A DNA stretch of 64,000 nt. Source: Mobula hypostoma. Lineage: Eukaryota. The notes under the pieces were generated by a model. The model was not told the DNA's origin, did no database searches, and saw only the letters and a program-made list of their open reading frames with translations. This document shows positions 39,225 through 52,320 of this stretch, piece by piece. Numbering within the stretch: position 1 is the stretch's first letter; every line of letters begins with the position of its first letter. The DNA is taken from contig NC_086108.1 in assembly GCF_963921235.1 (NCBI RefSeq), positions 107,448,001-107,512,000 of the forward strand. The letters run 5' to 3'. Made by a program: the position numbers and the translations under genes.

Positions 39225-39625
39225 GGCAGAAAGAAGAGAAAACCTGCAGCTGCTTGAAGTCCAAGCAGCGTGCACAAAATGCTGCAGGAACGCAGCAGGC
39301 CAGGCAGCAGCTATGGCGAAAGAGTATAGCTGACATTTCAGGGGCAAGGGCCTTCATCAGGACTGGAGAAAAGAAGACAAGGAGTCAAGAGTTAGGAGGT
39401 GGAGGGAGGGGAGGAAGAAACACAAGGTGATAGGTGAGTCTGGGAGGGAGGAGGGGTGAAGTAAATAGCTGGGAAGTTGACCGGTGAAAGAAATACAGGG
39501 CTGGATAGGAGAGGACAGGTGGCCATGGAAGAAGGAAAAAGGGGGACGAGCAGCAGATGGAGGTGATGGGTAGGTAAGTGGAAAGAAGGAAAAGGGAATG
39601 GAAGATAGTGAAGAGGGAGAGGTAG
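39225..39625 (-). mobile_element. Older Penelope pLTR with degenerate hammerhead (39328-39364)
   Basis: Reverse complement: agtc-ctgatga-a-ggcccttgcccct-gaaat-gtc-agct. Confidence 0.7.
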
Positions 39626-41691
39626 CATATGCACCCCATTCATCTGAACTTCAGGTGTAAAAGGACATCTCAGTCTTCCAAAGCATGGCCCTTGCACTTG
39701 TCTTTCTGTGCTAACTATCTATCTATCAATAATTCCTTTGAACTTTGAGCACCAAGTACATAATGTCACCATGTATTACCATGAGGTTCATTTCCTTGTG
39801 GGCATTCACAGTGAATACAAACAAACACAATAGAATCAGTGAAAGACCACACCTAACAAAGATGGACAAACAACCAATGTGCAAATACAAAAAGAAAAAA
39901 AATAAATATCAATATTCAGCAAATAAGCAATAAGTATCAAGAATGAGATGAGTCCTTGAAAGTGAGTCTATACCATAATTAGTGGGAGTAGTTTGACCTT
40001 GGAGGAAAGGAGTTATCCCCTCTGGTTCAGGAACCTGATGGTTGAGGGGTAATAACTGTTCCTGGCCTCCTTCGTGATGGAGATGCGGCAGGGTAACAGG
40101 GACTTCTGGTCCAAAGAGCCCATACCATTCAATTACACCCGTTAAGAGCAATTAACCTCTTGTGTACAAGATAATGAGAGGCATTGATCAGGTGGATAGT
40201 CAGAGGCTTTTTCCCAAGGCTGAAATGGCTAGCATGAGGGGGCATAGTTTTAAGGTGCTTGGAGTTGGGTACAGAGGAGATGTCGGGGGTAATTTTTTCC
40301 ACAGAGAGTGGTGACTGTGTCGAATGGGGTGGTGGAGGTGGAAATGATAGAGTTAGGTACACTGAGCTTAGAAAAATAGAGGGCTATGGGAAAGCCTGGG
40401 TAGTTCTAAGGTAAGGACATTTTTGGCACAACTTTGTGGGTCAAAGGGCCTGTATAGTGCTGTAGGTTTTCCTATGTTGCTAAAGACCGATTAATCTACT
40501 AACTGGTCTGTCTTTGGCCTGTGGGAGGAAACCGGAGTACCTGTAGGAAATTAGGCCATTTGGCCCATTGAGTCTGCTTCTCCATTTCATCATGGCATAT
40601 CCAATTTTCCTCACAGCTCAAATCTCCTACTAATCAAGGATCTATCAACCTCTGCCTTAAATATACATAAAAGATTGGCCTCCACAGCTCCCCGTGGCAA
40701 GGAATTCCACAGATTCACCACCCTCTGGTTTTAAAGAAAAATTCCTCCTCATCTCTGTTTTATAAGGGTGCCCCTCTATTTTAAAACTGTCCCCTCTGGT
40801 CTTAGACTCACCCACCATAGGAAACATCCTCTCCTCATCCACTCTATCTAGGGCTTTCACTTTTGGATAGGTTTCAATGAAGGCACCCCTCATTCTTCTA
40901 AATTCTAGTGAATACAGGCACAGGCATCAACATATGATGAGCCTTTCAATCCTGGAATCACTTTAATGAATCCACTCCAATTTCAGCTCATCTTATCTAA
41001 GATAAGGGGCATAAAACTGCTCACAATACTCCTAGTGAGGCCTCACCAGTGCTTTATAAAATCTCAACATTACATTCTTGTGATGTTCTTGCAGATGTGC
41101 TAAGAATTTTTCACGGTACAGTACGATAGGCAAACAAAAGCATTTCACTTTAACTCTTTGTAATCTCATCTCCTGATCAATGCTCTCAGTTCATCTGCCT
41201 GACAAATCTGACTCCTATCGTTAGAGCAGATGTAATGTAGTCTTGTATTCCTCCATATTCCTGTTCATGTCCATGCATCCTCTGCCCACAGGATGGATTT
41301 AACTTCCATATTTGACTCCAGCCATTTTCTCCAATCCCCATCTGTACCATTTCCCTCTCAACTTGGTCCAAATCAGGGGTTCCCAAACTTTTTTAATGCC
41401 ATGGACTAATACCATTAAGCATGAGGTCCATGGACTCCAGGTTGGAAACACTTGCAGTCTAAATCGTCCTCAATGGCATCAGCAAGCATTTATTTTCCTC
41501 AGTAACAACACGAGAGAGTACAGTGGTTTGTTTGTTATGTGCTGGGTCGTATGACATAGGTGATCATGGTCTTTCCGTGACAGCAGTTGTTCTCGGCAAA
41601 TTTTTCTGCAGGAGTGGTTTGCCATTCCCTTCTTCTGGGCAATGTCTTTACAAGACGTGACCCCAGCCATTATCAATACTCTTCAGAGATT

Positions 41692-41872
41692 CACATTAAA
41701 GTTGCCGGTGAATGCAGCAGGCCAGGCAGCATCTCTAGGAAGAGGTACAGTCGACCCTTCATCAGGACGTCAGCATCTCTTCCTAGAGATGCTGCCTGGC
41801 CTACTGTGTTCACCAGCAACTTTGATGTGTGTTGCTTGAAATTCCAGCATCTGCAGATTTCCTCGTGTTTGC
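41692..41872. mobile_element. 181-bp fold-back Penelope-derived mini-element inserted in an RTE-tailed SINE
   Basis: About 53-bp inverted arms around a partly deleted hammerhead, with a 14-bp TSD actcttcagagatt (41678-41691, 41873-41886). Confidence 0.85.
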
Positions 41873-42101
41873 ACTCTTCAGAGATTGTTTGCCTAGCGGT
41901 CAGTGGTCACATAACCAGGACTTGTGATATGCACCAGTTGCTCATACAACCATCCATCACCTGATCCCATGATTTCACATGACTCTGAGCATGGGCCTAA
42001 GCAGGTGCTGTACCTTGCCCAAGGGTGACCTGCAGGCTAGCAGAGGGAAGGAGCCCCTTGCACTTCCTTTGGTAGAGATGTATCTCTACCCCACCACCAT
42101 A

Positions 42102-42887
42102 CAGTGGATTCCTATTAACTGGGACACATCGGAACCAGTACATTTTAGCCCAATTAGCCAAAGTTTCATGGAAGTAATCAAGATGGTATATATTTTAAAA
42201 AAAGACAAATTGCCATTTAACTGAGTAATATGTGTTTAAATGAAACAAAAGCAAATTAGAACACTACCAATGTTACAACAATACTATAAAACTATTGATT
42301 CCTAATAGTTATTGATGGAGGAATTCTTCCTGTTTACACCATGTTCTTTGGATTGACAGTAAATAAGCAAAATTAACATAGTAACCTAGTGGAGGTAACG
42401 GACTGTCTTAAAACAATGCTTACAACAATTGCATCGTCAACTTTTATTTTCATGGTAACATTTAGTATGGTTGCCAATACTTTAATTCTTCATGGTTCCT
42501 AACTTGTTGAAGTCGTGAAATCTTTTCATTTTCACTCCTGGCCATTTCTGACATCTCTACGCCTGAATGCTTAAAACCACTATGATCAAAACTGTTCAGA
42601 ATTAGCTTTCTGCTTATTTCTTACCAGCTATCAATGACAAAAATCACTGTTTTCCGACGCTATTTATAAACTGTTCACTCAAATGCACGTCGTAGCTTCT
42701 AATGCCACAAAATGCACACCACTGATGCTAATTAGAAACTGTTCAGCAAAAGTCTTCTGTCCCAATTAAGCAGCAATAAATCAATGGAATCCCAGCTATT
42801 TTGTTGACTTGGTTTTGTTCTTTAAAAGTTGTATCGGTTAAGTGGCTATCCGGATTAACTGATGGCTCAATTAACTGGAATCCATTG
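42102..42887. mobile_element. Tigger/pogo-like MITE
   Basis: TIRs cagtggattcc / ggaatccattg flanked by TA. Confidence 0.75.
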
Positions 42888-44519
42888 TATTTGCAACTTC
42901 AAGGAAGATTCAAACTTCAAAGTAAATTTTATTATCAATTTGCATGTATGTCACTATATACAACTCTGAGATTCATTTTCTTAAGAACATACTCATTAAA
43001 TCTATAGAATACTAACCATAAAAGAATCAAAGACCACCCAAATAGGGTGTTCAACCAGAGTGCAGAAGAAAGCAAACTGTAAATACAAAAAGAACTAACT
43101 AATAAATATCAAGAACATGAGGTGAAGTGTCCTTGAAAGTGAGTTCATTGGTGGTGGGAACATATTTCTTTTCTGTTTTCAGTCTTTTTATTGATTTTTT
43201 TTAAGTGTGTACAAAGAGGAAAATATCTCTGGTATGTATGTCAATAACAGTACATACAGAAGGTAAAATAATATCAGAATCACACATTGTGTTGATCTAC
43301 AAAGTATAAATTTGATATAGAATGTATAATTCAGAAAAAAGAATGTAATTCTTTCTCCTCTTATCAATTTATGAAGAAAGGAAAAACTATTGAAATTTTT
43401 ATACAGTATATAAAAAAACACTATTCTAAACGGGGGGGGGGAGAGAAAAAGGACTGGGCAGCCCACCCTGAGAGAAAAGCCAAGAGAAGAGAGACTCTCT
43501 GATCAAATCCAAGGTTCTGAAAAAATAGCTGGAAGAGAATCAGTACAAAAATCAGATCATATTAAAATATTGAATAAAAGGTCGCCAGATTTCTTCAAAT
43601 TTAAAGGATGTATCCAATGTCTGACTACTTATTTTCTCTAGACTTAAACAGGATGTGATAGAGAAAAGCCAATAAAAGGTGGTAGGAGGGTTAGGGTCCT
43701 TCCATTTAAGTAAAACGGCTTTCTTAGCCAATAAGGTTGAAAAGGTTATCATCCGCTGAGCGGAAGCAGGAGTATATCCTGCTTCCAATGGAATAATCCC
43801 AAAAATAGCTGTAAATAAGTTTGGTTGTAAATCCAGATCCAGCACTTTTGATAAGGTTTTAAAAACGTCTTTCCAAAAATTCTCCAACTTTATGCAAGAC
43901 CAAAACATGTGAGTTAAAGTGGACACCTGAGTATGACATCTATCACAAATAGGATTAATATTGGGAAAAATACGGGCTGATTTATCCTTTGACATATGTG
44001 CCCTATGCACTACCCTGAACTGTATCAAGGAATGACGGGCACAAATAGATGTAGTATTTACTAGATGAAAAATTTTACTCCATTGATTATCTGAAAGTAA
44101 CTCTTGAAATTCCAATTCCCAAGCAGCTTTAATCTTATCATTAGATGTCATTCATAAATTCAATAACCATTTATAAATTGTAGCTATTAATCCTTTTTGG
44201 AGTGGTTTAACCTGGAAGAGGGTATCTATTAGATGGATAAGCGGAAGGATAATTTGGAAGCAAAGTACGTTTTTGTAAATATCTAAAAAGTGTACATTGG
44301 ATAAATCGAATTTATCCACTAGCTGAGTAAAAGACATTTAAACAATCCCCTATAAACAAATCCAAAAAAGTAGTTATTCCTTTGGTTTTCCAAGTTTAAA
44401 AAAAGCCTGATCTTAAAATTCAAACAACAGGAATTCTGCAGATGCTGGAAATTCAAGCTTCATACATCAAAGTTGCTGGTGAACGCAGCAGGCCAAGCAG
44501 CATCTATAGGAAGAGGTGC

Positions 44520-44555
44520 AGTCGACGTTTCAGGCCGAGACCCTTCGTCAGGACT
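44520..44555 (-). ncRNA. Minimal type I hammerhead ribozyme motif (intact core)
   Basis: Reverse complement: AGTC-CTGACGA-AGGGTCTCGGCCT-GAAAC-GTC-GACT. Confidence 0.85.
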
Positions 44556-46694
44556 AACTGAAGGAAGAGTGAGTAAGGGATTTGAAAGCTGGAGGGGGAG
44601 GGGGAGATGCAAAATGATAGGAGAAGACAGGAGGGGGAGGGATAGCGCCGAGAGCTGGTCAGGTGATTGGCAAAAGGGGATACGAGAGGATCATGGGACA
44701 GGAGGTCCGGGAAGAAAGACGGGGGGGGGGTGACCCAGAGGATGGGCAAGAGGTATATTCAGAGGGACAGAGGGAGAAAAAGGAGAGTGAGAGAAAGAAT
44801 GTGTGCATAAAAATGAGTAACAGATGGGGTACGAGGGGGAGGTGGGGCCTTAGCGGAAGTTAGAGAAGTCGATGTTCATGCCATCAGGTTGGAGGCTACC
44901 CAGACGGAATATAAGGTGTTGTTCCTCCAACCTGAGTGTGGCTTCATCTTTACAGTAGAGGAGGCCGTGGATAGACATGTCAGAATGGGAATGGGATGTG
45001 GAATTAAAATGTGTGGCCACTGGGAGATCCTGCTTTCTCTGGCGGACAGAGCGTAGATGTTCAGCAAAGCGGTCTCCCAGTCTGCGTCGGGTCTCACCAA
45101 TATATAAAAGGCCACATCGGGAGCACCGGATGCAGTATATCACCCCAGTCGACTCACAGGTGAAGTGATGCCTCACCTGGAAGGACTGTTTGGGGCCCTG
45201 AATGGTGGTAAGGGAGGAAGTGTAAGGGCATGTGTAGCACTTGTTCTGCTTACACGGATAAGTGCCAGGAGGGAGATCAGTGGGGAGGGATGGGGGGGAC
45301 GAATGGACAAGGGAATTGTGTAGGGAGCGATCCCTGCGGAATGCAGAGGGGGGGAGGAGGGAAAGATGTGCTTAGTGGTGGGATCCCATTGGAGGTGGCG
45401 GAAGTTACGGAGAATAATATGTTGGACCCGGAGGCTGGTGGGGTGGTAGGTGAGGACCAGGGGAACCCTATTCCTAGTGGGGTGGCGGGAGGATGGAGTG
45501 AGAGCAGATGTACGTGAAATGGGGGAGATGCGTTTAAGAGCAGAGTTGATAGTGGAGGAAGGGAAGCCCCTTTCTTTAAAAAAGGAAGACATCTCCCTCG
45601 TTCTAGAATGAAAAGCTTCATCCTGAGAGCAGATGCGGCGGAGACGGAGGAATTGTGAGAAGGGGATGGCGTTTTTGCAAGAGACAGGGTGAGAAGAGGA
45701 ATAGTCCAGATAGCTGTGAGAGTCAGTAGGCTTATAGTAGACATCAGTGGATAAGCTGTCTCCAGAGACAGAGACAGAAAGATCTAGAAAGGGGAGGGAG
45801 GTGTCGGAAATGGACCAGGTAAACTTGAGGGCAGGGTGAAAGTTGGAGGCAAAGTTAATAAAGTCAACGAGTTCTGCATGCACATCTTTCCCTCCCCCCC
45901 CCCCACATTCCGCAGGGATCGCTCCCTACACAACTCCCTTGTCCATTCGTCCCCCCCCCCATCCCTCCCCACTGATCTCCCTCCTGGCACTTATCCGTGT
46001 AAGCGGAACAAGTGCTACACATGCCCTTACACTTCCTCCCTTACCACCATTCAGGGCCCCAAACAGTCCTTCCAGGTGAGGCATCACTTCACCTGTGAGT
46101 CGACTGGGGTGATATACTGCGTCTGGTGCTCCCGATGTGGCCTTTTATATATTGGTGAGACCCGACGCAGACTGGGAGACCGCTTTGCTGAACATCTACG
46201 CTCTGTCCGCCAGAGAAAGCAGGATCTCCCAGTGGCCACACATTTTAATTCCACATCCCATTCCCATTCTGACATGTCTATCCACGGCCTCCTCTACTGT
46301 AAAGATGAAGCCACACTCAGGTTGGAAGAACAACACCTTATATTCCGTCTGGGTAGCCTCCAACCTGATGGCATGAACATCGACTTCTCTAACTTCCGCT
46401 AAGGCCCCACCTCCCCCTCGTACCCCATCTGTTACTCATTTTTATGCACACATTCTTTCTCTCACTCTCCTTTTTCTCCCTCCATCCCTCTGAATATACC
46501 TCTTGCCCATCCTCTGTGTCACCCCCCCCGTCTTTCTTCCCAGACCTCCTGTCCCATGATCCTCTCGTATCCCCTTTTGCCTATTTCCTGTCCAGCTCTC
46601 GGCTCTATCCCTCCCCCTCCTGTCTTCTCCTATCATTTTGGATCTCCCCCTCCCCCTCCAACTTTCAAATCCCTTACTCGCTCTTCCTTCAGTT

Positions 46695-46730
46695 AGTCCT
46701 GACGAAGGGTCTCGGCCTGAAACGTCGACT
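46695..46730 (+). ncRNA. Minimal type I hammerhead ribozyme motif (intact core)
   Basis: AGTC-CTGACGA-AGGGTCTCGGCCT-GAAAC-GTC-GACT. Confidence 0.85.
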
Positions 46731-49080
46731 GCACCTGATCTTAAAATTGATGGTTTAAAAAAATAGTTACGATATATTTTACTAGAAAGGACAAAATTAT
46801 TTAATTCAAAAAATCTGTGAAACTAAAACCAATCTTAATGTTTGTTTAATAATAGGATTAAGGTCTTGTCTATCAATCTTAGAGAGCAGAAAAGGAAGAG
46901 GAGCTCCCAGTAAAGAGGCCAAGGAATACCCCTTCACTGAGCTTTTCTCCAAATCCACCCATAAAGGACAGTCATATATGTCTGAATATTGAATCCAACA
47001 GGTAATATATCAAATATTAATTGCCCAGTAGGGAACATCTCAATGATGAGGCAAGTGAAGTTATCCCCTTTGGTTCAAGAGCCTGATGGTTGAGGGGTAA
47101 TAACTGTTCTTGAAACTGCTGGTGTGAGTCTTGAGGTTCTTTTTAGCATGCAGCCATCAGGAAGATTTGGAGGAGAGTTGACACTATAGTACTATTATTT
47201 TGGACTTGCTCTATAGGAACATGAGCACCAGACCCGACAGATCTGAATTGATTCCCACTCCTGCTTAATATCCCATGAATAGTGAGTTGTCAAAACTAAC
47301 CCTCAGAGTTCAATAGATGCACAACAGCCTCTTGCATTGCATATCCATTTGATAGAAAGAGTGCAGCATGTTCCCCAGACTTGAGGACCTGAGTTATAAG
47401 GAAAGTTTGAATAGGTTAGGACTTTATTTCCTGGTGTGTTAGATAATGAAGGGAGATTTGCCTGAGCTATGCAAAATTATGTGGATAAATGCAAGCAGGG
47501 TTTTTCCACTGAAGTTGAGTGAAAGGTGAAATGTTTAAGGGAAACATGAGGGGAACATTCTCACTCAGAGGGTGGTGACATTGTGGAATGAGCTGCCAGC
47601 AGAAGTAGTGGATATGGGTTCAACTTCAGTATTGTAGGGAAGTTTGGGTAAGTACATAGGAGGGACAGCTACAGTCCAGGCAGTATAATTTGTCATAGAT
47701 TAGATGGGCTGAAGGGCTTGTTTCTGTGCTGTGCTGCTCTATGACTCTATCCTCGGGGATAGGAAAGTCAGCTAGTTTTGAAATTCACCAAACATAGGAC
47801 ACAAAATCTGCTCTGAAGTTGACCTTGCTCTGCTCAAACAGTTGGCTTCTAATGCACCCCTGATTTGTTCAACCATTTGTTCTGATGACCATAAAGTGAT
47901 TTGCCACCTACAGAGAATAATGTGTTGCATTGAATAAACACTGGATTCGATGGCAGTCAGTTACTTGTGCACGTTAGTCCCACAATCGGTGCCAGCTGTC
48001 GTTACCTGATGTCCTGTAGATAGACCAATTGCATTTCTAATGGTGTTTTGTGCTGTCAGTCTATGCTGGTCCTTTGTGAGGAACATTAAGCTCTTTGCAT
48101 TTAATCTGAAATGGTGGGATGGGCACAGACTTGTGGTGAGAGGGGAAAGAAAAACTTATGAGAGTCACAAAGGATGATGAGTATCAGAATTGGGTTTAAT
48201 GTCACTGGCATATGTCATGAAATTTGTTTTGTGTACAGTACAGTGTAATACATAAACAGTAATTTACAGTAAGAAATATTACAAAATTAGCGCAAAAAGA
48301 GAGCAAAGATATAGAAGAAAAAAAGTACTGAGGTAGTGGACTCAGATTCATTGTCTGTTCCGAAATGTGATAGCATTTTGAGGCATTACCTTCTGAAGGT
48401 GCCCTCGATGCTGCGATGGGCGGTGGGGGTGGTGGAACTAGTACAACTGGCTGAGTTTGCAACTTTCCTGCAGCTTTTTCCCATCTTGTGCAGTGACTCC
48501 TCCAAAGGAGACGGTGATGCAGGCCATGAGAATACTCTCTATACATGTATGAGCACACAGCTTCAGGCTGAAGGACAGCTTCTATCCCACTGTTATCAGA
48601 TCTCTTACACATCCTAGGGGATAATCTATTGAATTCTTCATGTCCAAATCTACCTCATCTTGACCCTTGAACTTGTCTACCTGCACTGTACTCTCTCTGT
48701 AGCTGTGACACTTCTGCATCCTGCTTTCCTTTTGTACGACCTTAAAGTACCCTTACATGGGATGAAATGTCCGCAAGTCATGCAAACAAAACAGCAACAT
48801 GCACCAAATGCTAGAGACCTTTCTTCAACCTGAAACATCGACTGTTTTCTCTTTTCCATAGATGCTGCCTGACCTGCTGAGTACCTCCAGCATTTTGTGT
48901 TATTGCTTTGGCGTTCCAACATCTGCAGAATTTCTTGTGTTTGAAAAGTATTTCACGTTGTTTAGTGGGTTAACTCTCAGCAGATCTCAGATTTCACATT
49001 TAGATTGTTATTATCATGTGTACTTGGACACATACTGTGAAATATGAAGTGGTTGAAATATGTACAGTAGTATTGCCTAG

Positions 49081-49518
49081 TCATAGCTGTTTGCATGTGA
49101 CAGTGGCCACACCCCAGGCAACGGCTTCGACAAGCCGGCTAAACCAGGTGCGGGTAGCCGATGGGTCTCAAACCCTCGACGAGATAGGGAGATGTCTATC
49201 CCAGCATGTGAAGACAGACTCCGGCGGATTGAGCGGACGAGACCAATGGAAGGTCCAACGGTCAAGAAGGCGGTCTCTGCAAGCGTCGTGGAACGTGTAG
49301 GGCACGACAAGACACAGAAGACGTCCTGGTCATCCACTGCGCCTAGTCCCATCTCCAGCTGTCTCGACTCTGTCTTGCCACTGGATCCAGATGGGAATTG
49401 GGAAGAGAGAGTGAGGCTGACGCTGCGCAACTCTCCCTCACTTAAATCCAAATCATGTGCTAGTCTCGACACCATCAATGGTGTTGAGGTCTTCATCGAC
49501 GACGACAATGGACGAACG
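49081..49518 (+). mobile_element. Young 5'-truncated non-coding retroposon (SINE-like)
   Basis: 12-bp TSD agtattgcctag (49069-49080, 49519-49530), CpG-rich, with a gacgacgac...gacgaacg tail. Homologous to the older copy at 20-452. Confidence 0.85.
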
Positions 49519-51769
49519 AGTATTGCCTAGGAAGTACTTGGATAGGTACATGGAGGAAATTAGGGACTGGCTGGATGGCATGTTGTTGGCAAGTCCTTAT
49601 TGGGCTGAAGGGCCTGTACCTGTGCTGTATTGCTCTGTGACTCCTGCAAGCTAGCTGCATCTCATTTTGGATTTGTAATGGAGGTCTTGCATTCCATTGA
49701 TGTTCAGTTCTGGTTTCCTCATTACAGGGAGGATGTGGAAGCTTTAGAGAGGGTACAGAGATTTACCAGGATGCTGCCTGGACTAGAGAACATGTAATCT
49801 CTGAAAATAGGTTGACTGAGCTAGGGTTTCTCTCTTTGGAGTGGAGGAGGATGAGAAGAGACTTGACAGAGGTATATAAGAGGCATAGATAGAGTAGACA
49901 GCCATAGAGTTTCTCCCTGAGCACCAACAGCTAATAAGAGAGATCCCCTTCTCTAAGACAGGATGCGCTGGCATTGGAGAGGGTCCAGAGGAGGTTCATG
50001 AAAATGATTCCAGGAATGATTGGAGTTAATGCATGAAGAGCATTTGATGGCCCTGGGCCTGTACTCACTGGAGTTCAGAAGAATAGAAGGGAGGGATCTC
50101 ACTGAAAGCTACTGAACGTTGAAAGGCTTGGACAGAATGGATGTGGCGAGGCTGTTTTCAGTAGTGGGGGAGTCTATAACCAGAGGATAGAACCTCAGAA
50201 TATAGGGACATCCAGTTAGAACAGAAATGAGGAGGAATTTCTTTAGCCAGTGGTTGGTGCACCTGTGTAATTCATTGCCATGAATGGCTGTGCAGGCTAA
50301 GACACTGAGTATATTTAAAGCAGAGGTTGATAAGTTCTTGATTGGTCAGACATCAAAAGTACAGGGAGAAGGCAAGAGAAAGGTATTGTGAGGGATAATG
50401 ATAGAATGGCGGAACAGAGTTGATTGCCTGATTCCGCTCCTATGTCTTCAGGTCTTATCATTTTTAAAGACTAGAGGAAAGTATAGTGAGTTGTCAGAGG
50501 TAGATTTTTGTTTTACACAGACGGATGGGTGTGCGGAACACCCTGCCAGGGTTGGTGGTAGAGGTAGACACATTAGGGATATTTAATAAACTCTTTGGCA
50601 CATGAAGGAGAGAAGTATTAGTTTAATTTTGGAGTAGGTTAAAAGGTTAGCACACATTGGGTGCCAAAGGGCTTGTGTGGTGTTGTAATATTCTAGGCTC
50701 TTTGTATAAGAAATAGCCAGTCAGAAAATTTGACGAGTTCAACCCTAAACCCCGCTAAAGTGTAGCGGAAATCATGTTTTGTTGAAGTAATTTAATTTTT
50801 TTTTAAACGTTTGTGTTTACTTTAAAAACATTTGGCAAACCTACACTCTTGGTTGAATCTAACACAGTTAGCTGAAATATTAAATGTCAAATTTTTAGTA
50901 TTTCTTTCCAGATTTATTCCAAATCTAATTCTGCAGTCATAATTTTAATATGTTCTTTAGAAAGGTAGAATTTGTGGTGATGTGACCAGGTAATAAATAT
51001 CATTTTTCAAAACGAAAATAAATTATCAACAAGCGTTCAGAAACGATTACAATGAGCAGTGGTTCTGAGGGAGGGAAATTAGCTTTCGTGTCTACAATAT
51101 AATTTAATGTTGGGATTTCTATCCCAAAACGAACCCCTCTTTGCTCATAATTAAGGCTTACAACTGCAGTGATTGGTTTGGCAGATGTATGAATTGAATG
51201 AAACCTCTCTGTGGAAATAAATCTATTTCTCACCCAATGTTTTACTTATTTTTATTTATTTTGAGATATGGTGCAGAATAGGCCCTTCTGGCCCTTTGAG
51301 CCACACCACCCAGCAATCCCTGACAACCCTGATTTAATCCTAACCTAATCATGGGAAAATTTTATAATGACCAATCAACTTACTAACCTGCACGCCTTTG
51401 GACTGTTGGAGGAAATAGAAAGACCCAGAGAAAACCTATGCATTCCATGCAGAGGATGTACAGAGGATTCTGGATTGGACTCCGAACTCCAATGCCCGGA
51501 ACTGTAATAGTGTCACACTAGCTGTCACCCTACCGTTGCGGCCATTTTATTTTGTACATCAGAAAGTCTGTTCACTGTTTCATGCTTCTTCATCTGTCTG
51601 ATTTCAGTGTACCTGTTTTTTTTATTCTTTTAATGGTCTTTTGCCCAAATCTGCTTTTAACTCTCATAGAACAGAGAATATTAAAGTGCAGTACAGGCCC
51701 TTTGGCCCATGATGTTGTGCAGACCTTTTAACCTACTCTTAACATCAATCTAAACCTACCCTCCGCAAT

Positions 51770-52320
51770 ACTCACAAAACGCTGGAGGAACTTGGCAGGT
51801 CAGGCAGTATCTGTGGAAATGAATAGATAGTTGATGTTTCAGGCTGAGACCCTTCTGGAGGACTGAGAGGGGTGGGGGGAAGATAGCAGAATAAAAATGT
51901 GTGGGGAGGGGAAAGGGGATAGATGGAAGGTGATAGGTGGGGTGGGAAACGTCGAGGGCTGGGGAGGAAGGAATCTGATAGGAAAGGAGAGTGAACTGTA
52001 GGAAGAAAATGGAAGGAGGACGGGACCCAGAGGGAAGTGATAGGCAGGTGAGAAGAAGTAAAAAGTCAGAGTAGGGAACAGGAAGAGGGGAGGTGGAGAA
52101 ATGCGTTCACCAGGAGGAGAAATCACTATTTATACCATCAGATTGAAGGGTACCAACCTAAGGTGTTGCTCCTCCACCCAGAGGGTGGTCTCATCTTGGC
52201 ACAAGAGGAGGCCATGAACTGGCGTGTTGGAATGGGAATTGGAATTAAAATGTTTGGCCTCCAGGAAGTCCTGCTTGTGGCGGATGGTGTGGAGGGTTTG
52301 ATGAACCGGTCCCCCAATTT
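51770..52320 (-). mobile_element. Older Penelope 3' fragment (GIY-YIG end plus pLTR)
   Basis: Reverse-strand HFNSNSHSNxxVHGLLLCQDETTLWVEEQHL remnant and a degenerate hammerhead at about 51830-51865. Confidence 0.8.

Larger units (their letters stand above)
44421..46733. mobile_element. Young Neptune-type Penelope insertion with inverted partial duplication
   Basis: A minus-strand copy (44421-45882: RT C-terminal half, Cys linker, GIY-YIG, pLTR) is joined via a GCA microhomology (45880-45882) to a plus-strand copy (45880-46733). TSD cctgatcttaaaatt (44406-44420, 46734-46748). Confidence 0.95.
43150..47030 (-). mobile_element. L1-clade LINE 3' portion, split by the Penelope insertion at 44421-46733
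   Basis: ORF 43552-44151 has an L1 ORF2 C-terminal CCHC (CDRC...HMFWSC) and W-rich motifs. L1-like A/T-rich coding remnants resume after 46748. Confidence 0.85.
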
